Source of the DNA: an uncultured Acidimicrobiia bacterium
Lineage (GTDB): Bacteria > Acidobacteriota > Terriglobia > Versatilivoradales > Versatilivoraceae
Assembly (NCBI GenBank): GCA_963786955.1
Contig: CAWBAT010000004.1
Coordinates: 608,001 to 672,000, forward strand
DNA length: 64,000 bases
Direction: 5' to 3'
A model generated the notes under the pieces. That model did no database searches. It had not been told where the DNA came from and was given only the letters and a program-made list of their open reading frames with translations. This document shows positions 51,969 through 61,582 of the stretch, one piece after another (the stretch's first letter is position 1; every line of letters starts with the position of its first letter). The position numbers and the translations under genes are program-made.

Positions 51969-52238
51969 GAATCGTCACCGAGGGCGTTGCCCTCGGCTAC
52001 GGTGTTACAAGGCCTTTCAGACCGTTAGTAGCTGGCGGATACCCGTTTTAGCCGGGTCGTTGGTTCCGGCCCAGGATTACCGAGGCTGGTTAAAATAACA
52101 TATGGTAGGACAGGCTCGTCGAGGCCGGCGATGACATTCGGCGGGCACGGCGTGCCCCCCCCAATCAGCTAAGACAATCCCCCCTGCAGGCGGGACGCCT
52201 GCACCACAAATGTTTTGGTGCGGGCCTTTGGCCTGCAC
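51969..52238. repeat. composite REP block (families D, C, B-like, A)
   Basis: ACCGAGGGCGTTGCCCTCGGCTAC; degenerate C and B copies; A pair 52185-52238. Confidence 0.8.
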
Positions 52239-52277
52239 ATAGGTTTTAATTCCAAACCTATAGGCTCAACGCTCGGT

Positions 52278-54515
52278 TTACTCCATGCGAATATTTTTTT
52301 TGATCGCTTTTAGCGTAGATTTTAGCTCATCGGTAATTTCCGACGCTTGATCGATGTTCTCAATCACACGGGGTGTAATCAGCACAATCAGTTCGGTGCG
52401 CGTTTTCGTATAGGTGGTAGTCCCAAACAGTAAGCCCACACCCGGAAGGTCTCCCAATAGCGGAATTCGATTTTTCCCGAGTAACCGGCTTTCCAAAATG
52501 ATTCCACCAATGGCGATTGTCTCTCCGTCCATGACCGTCACCTGCGTGTTCACAGAACGGATTTGAATTGAGGGAGATTGAATGCCGCTACCAGGATCCG
52601 GCGCAACCGGGCTGCTGACTTCCTGGTTAATCTTAAGGGTCACCCATCCGCTGGAATTAATCCTCGGGGTCACTGTCAGAATGATACCGGTGCTGCGGTT
52701 CTGGATAGTGTTGCTGAATAGGCCCTGACTCCCGGTCCCCCCCGCTATAGTTCCTTGGGAGGTCAGCAAAGGCACCTCCTGCCCGACCTGAATCCGAGCA
52801 TCGGTATTGTCTGAAGCAATAACGGTTGGGGCTGACAGAACCCGTGTGTTCTGCTGGCTTTCCTGAGCGTTTAAGAAGACTAATAATTGCTGTGTGTTCC
52901 CGATTAGCATGCCCGTAGCAACGTTCAACCCCGCTTTTAGACTCCCTACGGCGGCAGCCGAAAAGGAGGCGGCGGTAGTACGGTCGGCGGCGTTTCGTTG
53001 AGAAGACAGAAAATACGAGACTCCCATTGACAAAGCACCGGTCAAATCGACTTCGTAGATCTTGGCGTCAATAAACACCTGCTTTGGCACAAGATCTAGA
53101 GCTCGGATGGTTTCCTGGATCGTCTCATAGTCTTGAGGGCTGCTTTGGACAACGATTGAATTGGTGATTTCATCAGCCACAATCCTGATGTCTCCACGAA
53201 GCAACTTGACCTGACTCCGAGTGACCTCCCCTCCGACCGCACGCGCGGGAGTAGACGCTCCTCCAGGAGTAAAACCCGCTGCGGTGGTTTCGCTGGATTC
53301 AGACTCTGTCGCATAAATCTGAGTCAGCATGGACGCGATGTTTTTAGCGATGCCATTTTGAACTTTATAAACATAGTTTTTGATGCTCATATTTTCGCCA
53401 GGCTGATCAAGCCTTTGAATCCACTTCTCCACTTCCGCAAAGGCGGTGGTACTGGGACTCACGACCAGGATGGCATTGATCCGGTCAATCGGAAGAAACC
53501 GAATGGCAGAATCTTTTTTCGATAGAGCGTAGGCAGCGAAAACATTCTCGAGCTCGGAAGCCAAATCCTTAGCCCGATTGTTCTTGACAGGGAACAACTG
53601 CACTCTCTTATTCTGGAATACATCCGCATCAAAAATGCTGACCAATTCCAACAGCCGCTTCAAATTCATGGCGGTTTCCGTGAGGATCAGGATGTTCCCT
53701 CCTTCATGGACCACCATACTCCCGCTTTCCGAAAGATAAGGTTCCAATACCTTTGACATATCTTTAGCTGAAACGAAACGCATGGGTATCACTTGCATGA
53801 TTCGATCGGCATTTCCCGCGCGAGCGTCGGGCTGGCTGTCTGTCCGAATCGGGACTGGAAGTTGTTTGACATCAGAGCGAGGCACAATCTGATAAAAGTT
53901 GCCCGTTTTTACAATCGCGGCCCCATTCAGTCTTAAGATCGTTTCAAGCAGTGGAATTAAATCTTCGCGCCTGACTTCCCCCATCGTGCTGATGGTGGCC
54001 ACCCCTTTCACCTTGGGGTCAACAACATAATTGATCTTGAGCTCATTCCCAATAATGTTGATGACCTGGTTAAGATCTGCCTGGAACAGCTGCAACTTCA
54101 CATTGGACGGAGTTCCCGGGACCTCGGCAGGTACCGGAGGATTAGGGGTACTCGTCGGGATTGGAGAGGGAGCGGGAGGACTGGTCTGAGGGCCGGGAGC
54201 GGTTCCTGCGGCAGGAGGAGTAGTCTCGGCTGCCGATGAGGCCGTATGAGCGTCTGAAGGCTGCCCGGTCTTCTTCAATACCTTCATGGGGCCATAAGGC
54301 GTTTGGACCTCTATGGTTTCATCCTGGCCGTTCGGTGGCACAGCACTGTCGGCAGACTTTGGCGGGAGCGTTGGATTCTCGGCCGGAGTTGTCTCTCCTG
54401 CTTTTTTCTCCTTCGTGGCCGATTCCTGGCCTTGCAGCATAGGCTGAACGCAGAACTGCAAAGAGATTAGAAGAGCTAACCATGTACATCTAAAGCGTGA
54501 CGGATTCTTGTTCAT
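52278..54515 (-). CDS. gspD: type II secretion secretin
   Basis: N0/N domains, KQVFIDAKIYEV, SAPTV..DN..A.I.VGQEVP, IPLLGDLP..G.LF, TELIVLITP. Confidence 0.95.
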   Translation of the reverse strand: MNKNPSRFRCTWLALLISLQFCVQPMLQGQESATKEKKAGETTPAENPTLPPKSADSAVPPNGQDETIEVQTPYGPMKVLKKTGQPSDAHTASSAAETTPPAAGTAPGPQTSPPAPSPIPTSTPNPPVPAEVPGTPSNVKLQLFQADLNQVINIIGNELKINYVVDPKVKGVATISTMGEVRREDLIPLLETILRLNGAAIVKTGNFYQIVPRSDVKQLPVPIRTDSQPDARAGNADRIMQVIPMRFVSAKDMSKVLEPYLSESGSMVVHEGGNILILTETAMNLKRLLELVSIFDADVFQNKRVQLFPVKNNRAKDLASELENVFAAYALSKKDSAIRFLPIDRINAILVVSPSTTAFAEVEKWIQRLDQPGENMSIKNYVYKVQNGIAKNIASMLTQIYATESESSETTAAGFTPGGASTPARAVGGEVTRSQVKLLRGDIRIVADEITNSIVVQSSPQDYETIQETIRALDLVPKQVFIDAKIYEVDLTGALSMGVSYFLSSQRNAADRTTAASFSAAAVGSLKAGLNVATGMLIGNTQQLLVFLNAQESQQNTRVLSAPTVIASDNTDARIQVGQEVPLLTSQGTIAGGTGSQGLFSNTIQNRSTGIILTVTPRINSSGWVTLKINQEVSSPVAPDPGSGIQSPSIQIRSVNTQVTVMDGETIAIGGIILESRLLGKNRIPLLGDLPGVGLLFGTTTYTKTRTELIVLITPRVIENIDQASEITDELKSTLKAIKKNIRME

Positions 54516-54604
54516 CGGGTTCTATGTTTCCTGAATAGAAAGTGTTGATTGCCGGTTTCTGAGCTTCCCTACTTTTCCTCGACGTGAAGTTCCTTCGTAC
54601 TCCC

Positions 54605-54940
54605 TTAGTGCTGCATTTCATCAATACGGTGGCGTTCCTTTTGGGTAGGGCGGTCTCGCTGAGACGGCCGCAGTTTGTGTTGCCCTTACAGGAATCGCCA
54701 CCGAGGGCGTTGCCCTCGGCTACGGTGTTAAAAGGCCTTTCAGCCCGTTAGCTCGCCGCAGACATTCGGCGCCCAAATTTGTGTTGCCCTTACAGGGCAA
54801 CGGACATTTTGGAACCGGAACCGAGGGCGTTGCCCTCGGCTACGGTGTCAAAAGGCCTTTCAGGCCGTAAGCTCACCGCAGACATTCGGCGCGCTCGGGG
54901 AGCGCGCCCTACCATGAATCCCACAATAGCTAAAGCACTA
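54605..54940. repeat. composite REP block between gspC and gspD
   Basis: Family B hairpin, tandem duplicated family D unit (~54675 and ~54778), GGCGCGCTC..GAGCGCGCCCTACC. Confidence 0.85.
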
Positions 54941-54950
54941 CACTTCTGTT

Positions 54951-55706
54951 TCATTTATCCCTGGTATAAATCGTAAAAGGACCAAAAGGCGAAGGAATAC
55001 TTCTCTTTACCTTGCCATCGACAACGGCTCCCACAGGAGCCTGGTCGCTGGAGGCTTGGGGGGGCGGATTTGGAACATTCGCTGCAGTGGTACGAGCGGA
55101 ATCCGCACCCGAATCGATTGAAGTGACTCTAGCCGCGTTTCCAGAGCCAGTGGTGGGCTGGCTGGGGGCGGTGACAGGTAGTTCCCGGGCCACCAGTTTG
55201 GCCGGCTCGCTAAGGGGAATTTCAAGTTCCTTTCCACCGATGCTCATCGTCACCTTTTGGTCGAGGAACTTTATCAAGGTATATCCGTCGATGGTGTCCC
55301 CAATCCTCAGTTGCCTATAGCCCCGGCTATCCTTGGCATCGGCAGGAAGCATCAAAGCCAAATCCTGCCCGCCAAATCCCAAAATTCCGGTGAGGATCGG
55401 CTTGGGTTTATTGACGACAGACGCCTCTGGATCCTGTGGAATGACATTGTTTCGGTCTAGCGCAAAAAGGTTGTTATCGACGATCGCCACATAGCTCGCC
55501 ACCGGGACAGGTTTTGCACCGGTGTTCTGCGCCACCGAAGCGCCATCGGGTTTTGGGTTGAAAATCGACAGATTATGGCTGGCCCAAAATTGATTCCTCT
55601 GGCGGTTCAAATAGAGGAACATCAGTAGGGCGGTTCCGACTAGCAATAGATCGAGGAGTATTAAGTTTTTTCTTTTCGTCATAAGAGGGTCCCAGTAAAA
55701 ACCCAA
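54951..55706 (-). CDS. GspC-like T2SS clamp protein
   Basis: N-terminal TM, NLF...R, L.GI, L.IGD.IDGY.L; position between gspM and gspD. Confidence 0.65.
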   Translation of the reverse strand: MGFYWDPLMTKRKNLILLDLLLVGTALLMFLYLNRQRNQFWASHNLSIFNPKPDGASVAQNTGAKPVPVASYVAIVDNNLFALDRNNVIPQDPEASVVNKPKPILTGILGFGGQDLALMLPADAKDSRGYRQLRIGDTIDGYTLIKFLDQKVTMSIGGKELEIPLSEPAKLVARELPVTAPSQPTTGSGNAARVTSIDSGADSARTTAANVPNPPPQASSDQAPVGAVVDGKVKRSIPSPFGPFTIYTRDK

Positions 55707-55726
55707 ATTAGGAATAGATACCTCAT

Positions 55727-56347
55727 TTAAGATTTCTTGGCTGGCGGAGTGCTGTCCGGCTGCGCCCGTTTCAACCCCGAGATCATTAAGCTGGTGGATA
55801 CTTGTTTGTTCTTCAGATTGTTTGTTTCCATCGGCAAAATTCTCAGCTCTTCAATGAAGAGAATTTGGGGAGCCGTTTCAAGCCCGGTCAGCAATGCGAC
55901 CACCTGGTCCAGGTTTCCCGTCATCTCGATATGCGTCGAGACCTTGCTGTACTCAGGACTCACATTTTTGACAGGTAATATGTCGCTGCGACGAAAATTG
56001 AGCCCTTTGGCCCGAACCATCTCTTTGATTAATCCCTGCAATTCGGCATTAGCCAGGGCATCAATACTGTTTTCGAGAAGACCCATCTCCGCGGAAACCA
56101 GCTGTCGCTGCGTCTCGTCAAGAGCAGCCCTTACAGAATCCTGTCCGCGCAAAAGGCGTCGATAATTGGTTAAGCGCTTAGCGTGGATCGCGATCTTTTC
56201 CGCCATTGCAGACGAAGAATCCAAGTAGGGAAACAAGAATGAATTCGCCACGTAATAGACGAGAATACTGGCGAGGGCCATCGCAACCAGCCACTTTTCT
56301 CTATTCGATACCTTGATGCTCTTCAAATACCTCAAAAACTCCATCAC
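55727..56347 (-). CDS. gspM: T2SS GspM/PilO-like protein
   Basis: S.RE..L N-terminal TM, coiled coil, G.LDQV..LL..LE....LFIEEL. Confidence 0.8.
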   Translation of the reverse strand: MMEFLRYLKSIKVSNREKWLVAMALASILVYYVANSFLFPYLDSSSAMAEKIAIHAKRLTNYRRLLRGQDSVRAALDETQRQLVSAEMGLLENSIDALANAELQGLIKEMVRAKGLNFRRSDILPVKNVSPEYSKVSTHIEMTGNLDQVVALLTGLETAPQILFIEELRILPMETNNLKNKQVSTSLMISGLKRAQPDSTPPAKKS

Positions 56348-56450
56348 ACCCCCGCTGGTTCATCAAAAAGCTGCAAAAGACGATCCGAATTCATGCTCTT
56401 TCAGTAACTAAACTAATTCAAACAAATTAGTTGTGGTCGGCCACTAAAGC

Positions 56451-56490
56451 CACCCCCCAGTATTTCCCCCTTGGCAAGGGGGGACTTGAG
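56451..56490. repeat. CCCCC/GGGGG palindromic repeat (family E)
   Basis: TCCCCCTTGGCAAGGGGGGAC; related copy near 62866-62898. Confidence 0.55.
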
Positions 56491-56534
56491 CGAGGTCGAT
56501 GTCCGAATTGCAACGTGAGATTAATGCGCTAGTC

Positions 56535-58016
56535 CTAGTTCTGGCCAATGGTCGCCCCTAAGTTCTTCACGGCTGAGGAAGCAGCAGGGCTGGGAACCAA
56601 CGAGGCCTGCGGCAAAACCTCGACTTGCATTCGAATTCTAAATTGTTCTTTTCCACCACTGTCTCGAGTGATTGGAGCGGCAAATTCTGCATTCTTGAAA
56701 TAGGGCGAACCATCCAGGATCTTAGGCAGCGTCGCTGCGTCATCGGATGCTCCATTAATCTCGATGAGCTGATCTTTGATACTGAACTGTAAAACATAAC
56801 TATTCTTAGGCAAGACAACCGAAAGCTCATTTAAAGCGCCTAAAACCAAGCTATTGGATCTCCGGAAATTCGACAAGAGCTCGCTGCGCCGTTGCAGATC
56901 GGCCAGTTGGGACTCCACCGACCGGACCTTCTTCACCTCGGGTTCCAGTCGGGTAACCTCCCGTCCAAGTTGTCTGGCATAAATGTATTGTTGCACCGTC
57001 CCTCGCATGCCGAGGCAAAGCAACAGGACCAAGTTGATTCCTAACAAAGCATAGGCCGAGGTCCAGGCCCAACGGGACTTTTGGGGGCGCTCTTCGGGCG
57101 GCAAGAGGTTGATAGGAATAGGATTCTTCCTTTCGAGCCCCGATCGCGCCGCCGATATAGGAAGGAAATATTCACTGAACTTCTGGTTGTCGAGTATCTT
57201 GCCGGATAATTCAAAACCCAGGGGTGTTAATCCTGAAATCCGATGGATCTTTAACCTTCCCTCCGCAGTCTCGACATCCCGCATTTTTTCTGTGCGGCCG
57301 ACAAGGAAGATATCCAGCGGAACAGCATCTGGCACTGGAACCTGTTCGCGAAAAACCTCGACCTCCGCTTTGAAGCTTTCAACGAGTTCCTCGTCAGTTG
57401 AAAACTGAATCGTACGTGATTGATGGATTGATTTGTTCACGAATCCGACCAGTTCCGCCTGTTGCTCGCTCACATAGGCCAACAATGCGACAGAAAGCTG
57501 AAATTGTTGCGGCAGGAGAAGATAGTAATTGCTGATCACCACACTTGAGGGAATGATCCGGTCCAGTTTCAAACCAAATGCTCTACAAACGCCCAAGCCT
57601 CGTTGCAGCACGGACCTTAAGACCACAAAAATAGTGACCCCAATGGTCTTCACATCCGCCTTGTTTTTCGATACAAAAAAGTCATAAGCTACGCTGGCCT
57701 CATCGGTAGGCAGCAACCCCGCCAATTGGTACTCGACTACCTTCACCAAGTTCGATTCCGCCTCGGCAGGAAGTTTGATCTGCCGCACAACACTATCGCT
57801 CCGGGGAATCACCAATACAGATCGGCACCCAGTTGCTTTGTTCTTTTGAATGAGCCCGGCAATTTGCTTTTGAATCTCGGATGGGGGCTTTTCGGCGAAC
57901 TTGTCAATCGAAAGACCCTCGATCCAGGTGATCTTCTTGAATCGGCGGGACAATAAGGCCAATCGGAGTGTCTCTCCGTCAATAAAGATGCCCAAACTGT
58001 GCTTGCTCATGACCAT
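56535..58016 (-). CDS. gspL: T2SS GspL / PilM-PilN-like protein
   Basis: SLGIFID actin-like N-domain, INLLP, TM, L.ELS..LP, SPYF.NAEF. Confidence 0.82.
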   Translation of the reverse strand: MVMSKHSLGIFIDGETLRLALLSRRFKKITWIEGLSIDKFAEKPPSEIQKQIAGLIQKNKATGCRSVLVIPRSDSVVRQIKLPAEAESNLVKVVEYQLAGLLPTDEASVAYDFFVSKNKADVKTIGVTIFVVLRSVLQRGLGVCRAFGLKLDRIIPSSVVISNYYLLLPQQFQLSVALLAYVSEQQAELVGFVNKSIHQSRTIQFSTDEELVESFKAEVEVFREQVPVPDAVPLDIFLVGRTEKMRDVETAEGRLKIHRISGLTPLGFELSGKILDNQKFSEYFLPISAARSGLERKNPIPINLLPPEERPQKSRWAWTSAYALLGINLVLLLCLGMRGTVQQYIYARQLGREVTRLEPEVKKVRSVESQLADLQRRSELLSNFRRSNSLVLGALNELSVVLPKNSYVLQFSIKDQLIEINGASDDAATLPKILDGSPYFKNAEFAAPITRDSGGKEQFRIRMQVEVLPQASLVPSPAASSAVKNLGATIGQN

Positions 58017-58050
58017 TGTCTTGTGAAAATCGTCGGTATCGTTTTTTTAG

Positions 58051-58168
58051 TTGTAGCCGGGGTCGTTGACCCCGGCCCCGGCCTCACCGAGGCCGGCTAC
58101 AACCGGCCTGGATATTTGGCGCGCTCTGCGAGCGCGCCCTACCTTCATTCCCCTAATAACTAATGCAC
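58051..58168. repeat. REP block between gspK and gspL (family C doublet, B-like hairpin, MITE end)
   Basis: TTGTAGCCGGGGTCGTTGACCCCGG..GAGGCCGGCTACAA; GAGCGCGCCCTACC..TAACTAATGCAC. Confidence 0.85.
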
Positions 58169-58186
58169 GACTGAGCAAAGAGGTTT

Positions 58187-59195
58187 TCATTGGCCACCCT
58201 CATTAGCCTCAGGTAGCCGGCTCCAGTTCAGAACCCGTTCAGCCGGCCAGTACTCGTCGTACCAGATGAGCTTTTCATGCTTCTGCTTAAGCGTATCATC
58301 GAACTTGACCACCGCTTTGACGCTCCGGCCAGCCTGAATTCTTCAAAAACGCCGTAGCGACAATACTGTAGGTTCCCGAAACGCTGCTTGAAAGCAGAGC
58401 CACTGACTCTCCAGGTATCGAAGCGGGAATCCGTTGAGACAGGTCGCTCATGCTCTTGATTGCATCTTTTTCTCTGGCGAGCACGATGGAGTTCGCGATA
58501 TGCATATCCATACCCGGTAGGGCCGCTATGGCTTCAGGTTCAGCGTAGTTTATATTGATCAGGGGTGCGCCTGTGTAGACGGTGACATACTCCGCCAATC
58601 CCCTCCCCAATCCAACAGTACCGTTTGGGCTTCTTCGCGGGCCTCCGTATAAAATCTCTCGGGTCATTCCTTTGACCTGCAGGAGTTCTTCCACAGAACG
58701 AAACTGCCGGGTTTTCTCAGTGACAGCTTCAGGGGAATCTTCCTGATCCTGACCTCGCCATTTCATGATCGATTTTGCCAGAAGAACGCTCAGATGCGGG
58801 TCCACGCCAATGTTTCCCATAAGTCTTTCCAGGGCTGGCTCATTTGAAAAATTCAGGTCCATTTTTCCAGCTTCATCCAGTACAGCCACATGACAGTCAA
58901 TCTCCGGGCTATGCATCCAGTAATGACTCATGCCGTCTGCGTAAGGTGGAAGTTTCTTTTGCCCCACTTTGTCCAGCTCGGGATAGACCATCTGATAGAC
59001 AACGGCTTCCAGTGCGCCTCGTGCATAAAAATAAGCTTTCTCGCTTTCTTCCGCGGCCCTAGCCATGCTCATTTCTGCCCTCACCGTGGATGCCAGGTTC
59101 AGAGCGAGCAGAGATAAGGCCGCGAGCACCCAGAGGAGGGTGATGAGCACAAACCCTTGTGTCTGACCAAACTTTTCGTCGCTCCGGCTTCTCAC
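58187..59195 (-). CDS. gspK: T2SS minor pseudopilin K, frameshift near 58330
   Basis: GFVLITLLW, DEAGK.DLN, F.SVEEL..V.G, ININ.A; the other frame continues RSVKAVVK...GGQ*. Confidence 0.85.
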
Positions 59196-59278
59196 TTGGA
59201 TTGCTGTCTCCTTGTAAGAGCAATTGAAAAACTGATGATAAAAGCCAATGCGTCTGCTCCTCTTCGCTTCCGCGGGAC

Positions 59279-60028
59279 TTACGAGACGGTAGTTGAGTGA
59301 ACGGGGATCGCAATGGAGAGATCCCTGGCCCCCAGCAATCCAGGCTCGCTCCAACGCAATCTGATCCCGATTCCCTGCGGCAATAAGTCTCTTGACGGAC
59401 CCGGAGCGGTTGCACCTTCCAACTGCGGCCTGATATAGCTGAATTGAATACTCTCCAGATCTTCCAGAAGGGTGCGAGAATTCGTCCGGACGGAGAACTC
59501 ACGAAAAGCCACCACCGGAAAATTGTCATTACCTAATGAAATGTCATGAATCATCGAGTGGCCTATCGTGACATCATCGGGTAATCCTGTCTCGCTTAGG
59601 ACTAACGTCTTCTTAATGTGGTCACCCTGTCTTGAACTGGACACAAAATATTCTACGAAGTGAAATCCGCCGGCATTTCGCGATTGCGAAGAAAAAGTGG
59701 TCACGAATCGTATCCCCGATTCTGTGCCTTGAAAAATGAGCACTTTAACAGTTGAATCTTTGAGTTTCTGCGGAGAGATATAGGCGACCATCGAGCCCAG
59801 TTGCCGGTCGAGTAAGTCGAAGGTTGCCTGGGTGGTTCTAATCCGCTCCAAGCCGGTTTCCCCTTTTGCCCAGGCACTCGTTCCAATTCGGAAACCAAAG
59901 AGTATCGCCAACATCAAAAAACCTACGATGGTCATGCTGACGAGCAACTCGATGAGGGTAAATCCCGAGTTCACCCTGATCGCAGACTGAGGGGTAATCA
60001 ATTGGTCCTTAACTTTTTTGAGAACCAT
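59279..60028 (-). CDS. gspJ: T2SS minor pseudopilin J
   Basis: G/FTLIELLV prepilin motif; operon position. Confidence 0.8.
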   Translation of the reverse strand: MVLKKVKDQLITPQSAIRVNSGFTLIELLVSMTIVGFLMLAILFGFRIGTSAWAKGETGLERIRTTQATFDLLDRQLGSMVAYISPQKLKDSTVKVLIFQGTESGIRFVTTFSSQSRNAGGFHFVEYFVSSSRQGDHIKKTLVLSETGLPDDVTIGHSMIHDISLGNDNFPVVAFREFSVRTNSRTLLEDLESIQFSYIRPQLEGATAPGPSRDLLPQGIGIRLRWSEPGLLGARDLSIAIPVHSTTVS

Positions 60029-60519
60029 GTAAACGTTTCCAATGAATACTCATTTTGTTGTTGAGAGACGCCAGTCCAGATGACCGACAGGCGAATCTTT
60101 TCTATGACATTTTCACGAGAACTGTTCAGATCTTCCCCGAAGCGGACCGGGTCAATGCGGAATTTCCACGAATATTTGTCGTCAAACTGTCCTGCCGATA
60201 CGGTTGGAATATTCCCTTGATTGACACTAAGGACTAACTCGTTCAGCTTCATCTGTCCTAACCGAGTGAGTTTTTCACGTTCTTCAATGCGTCCTATATT
60301 CTTCAAGGAAGTGGACATCAGACTGAAGAGGGTTGCATAAACAATCCCCACGATCGTAATCGCGACCAGCACTTCCATCAGACTAAATCCTTGGGCACTT
60401 CGCCCTGAAGTACTTTCTCGTCTTAACATGTTTCCCGTTTGCAGCTCGACGACCTCACCCAGAAGCCCACGATTGCCGCGTTTTTTGCGGCAATCGTGGC
60501 TACCCGTCGAAGTTCTCAT
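59998..60519 (-). CDS. gspI: T2SS minor pseudopilin I
   Basis: G/FSLMEVLVA prepilin motif; operon position. Confidence 0.8.
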   Translation of the reverse strand: MRTSTGSHDCRKKRGNRGLLGEVVELQTGNMLRRESTSGRSAQGFSLMEVLVAITIVGIVYATLFSLMSTSLKNIGRIEEREKLTRLGQMKLNELVLSVNQGNIPTVSAGQFDDKYSWKFRIDPVRFGEDLNSSRENVIEKIRLSVIWTGVSQQQNEYSLETFTWFSKKLRTN

Positions 60520-60544
60520 TGCCTGCGTGTTGTGAAACAGCGCA

Positions 60545-61096
60545 TTAGCCCTCGGTCTCCGCTGGGATCTGTTCGATTCGCGGGGAACCGGTCAGTACAT
60601 CTTGAAACACCTTTACCTGCAACCCTCGCTCCGTGCTAATCACTACTTGAAAACTGTCACTGAGACCATTTGGCATAAAGAAATAAGTTGAGCTCTCCTG
60701 TTTCCCTGACGGCTCCTGCTCTCCAAGAAGCGATCCCTTGATAATGGAAATACCGTAAGGCATGGATATCAACTTTTGGTATTTCAAGTCTTGACTTGCC
60801 AACTCAATTTCGTTCTTTTCCGAATCGATCCTCATCCAATAAAGCTGTTGCTCGCGAATCGCCTTCCATCGGGCGAAACGCATGGTGGCAGCAATTTCAC
60901 GCGAAGTGGTCCTGAGCTTTACGGCGGATAAGCCCCGCCCAATCGATGGCAGTGTTACCGACATAAGAATCCCAATCAGCACCAACACAACCAGGAGCTC
61001 AACGAGCGTGAATCCGGCTGCCCGGTTTACTCGCAGGCCTGAACGACGGGACCAATGAGAAGTCTTAAAGTCCTGCTCACTTCCAGCTACACACAT
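60545..61096 (-). CDS. gspH: T2SS minor pseudopilin H; start estimated
   Basis: G/FTLVELLV, AR..AI, FMPNG. Confidence 0.8.
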   Translation of the reverse strand: MCVAGSEQDFKTSHWSRRSGLRVNRAAGFTLVELLVVLVLIGILMSVTLPSIGRGLSAVKLRTTSREIAATMRFARWKAIREQQLYWMRIDSEKNEIELASQDLKYQKLISMPYGISIIKGSLLGEQEPSGKQESSTYFFMPNGLSDSFQVVISTERGLQVKVFQDVLTGSPRIEQIPAETEG

Positions 61097-61526
61097 CCTC
61101 ATTCTCACCCTCTCCACCTTCTTTGCCGTCAGCCCCTTTAGAAATAATGTCTGGCTCATCCCCATGTTCGCCGGGGAATTTATACACATAAAGGTTCCCC
61201 CACGGATCTAATGGGATTTCTTTGGGCAGATAAGGTCCGTCCCAGTGGTTCGCGGAAACGGGCCTGACTCTCAATCCTTGCAACCCTTCCTCAGTTGTAG
61301 GAAATGTGCCAACGTCCAGTTTGTAAGCCCCCAAGGCCGTTTGAAAACTAGCGATCTGGGCCTTGGTGGCCGTAACCTTGCTCTTGCCCACGTTTTTGAA
61401 GAGTCGTGGCATGACGAGTGCCCCCAGCAAGCCGATAATGATCATCACAACCAGTAGTTCAATGAGGGTGAACCCTTTTGCCGCTTTGCGACGCTCCAGA
61501 TCTTCTTTGGTTCCTTGCATGTTCAT
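61077..61526 (-). CDS. gspG: T2SS major pseudopilin
   Basis: G/FTLIELLVV, YKLD.G.FPTTEEGL, W.GPYL, DPWG..Y, GADG..GGEG. Confidence 0.97.
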   Translation of the reverse strand: MNMQGTKEDLERRKAAKGFTLIELLVVMIIIGLLGALVMPRLFKNVGKSKVTATKAQIASFQTALGAYKLDVGTFPTTEEGLQGLRVRPVSANHWDGPYLPKEIPLDPWGNLYVYKFPGEHGDEPDIISKGADGKEGGEGENEDVCSWK

Positions 61527-61582
61527 CGAGTCTCCTTCAACAAATTTCTTTATCGCTCTCCGTGAGCCGACATATGTTCTGG

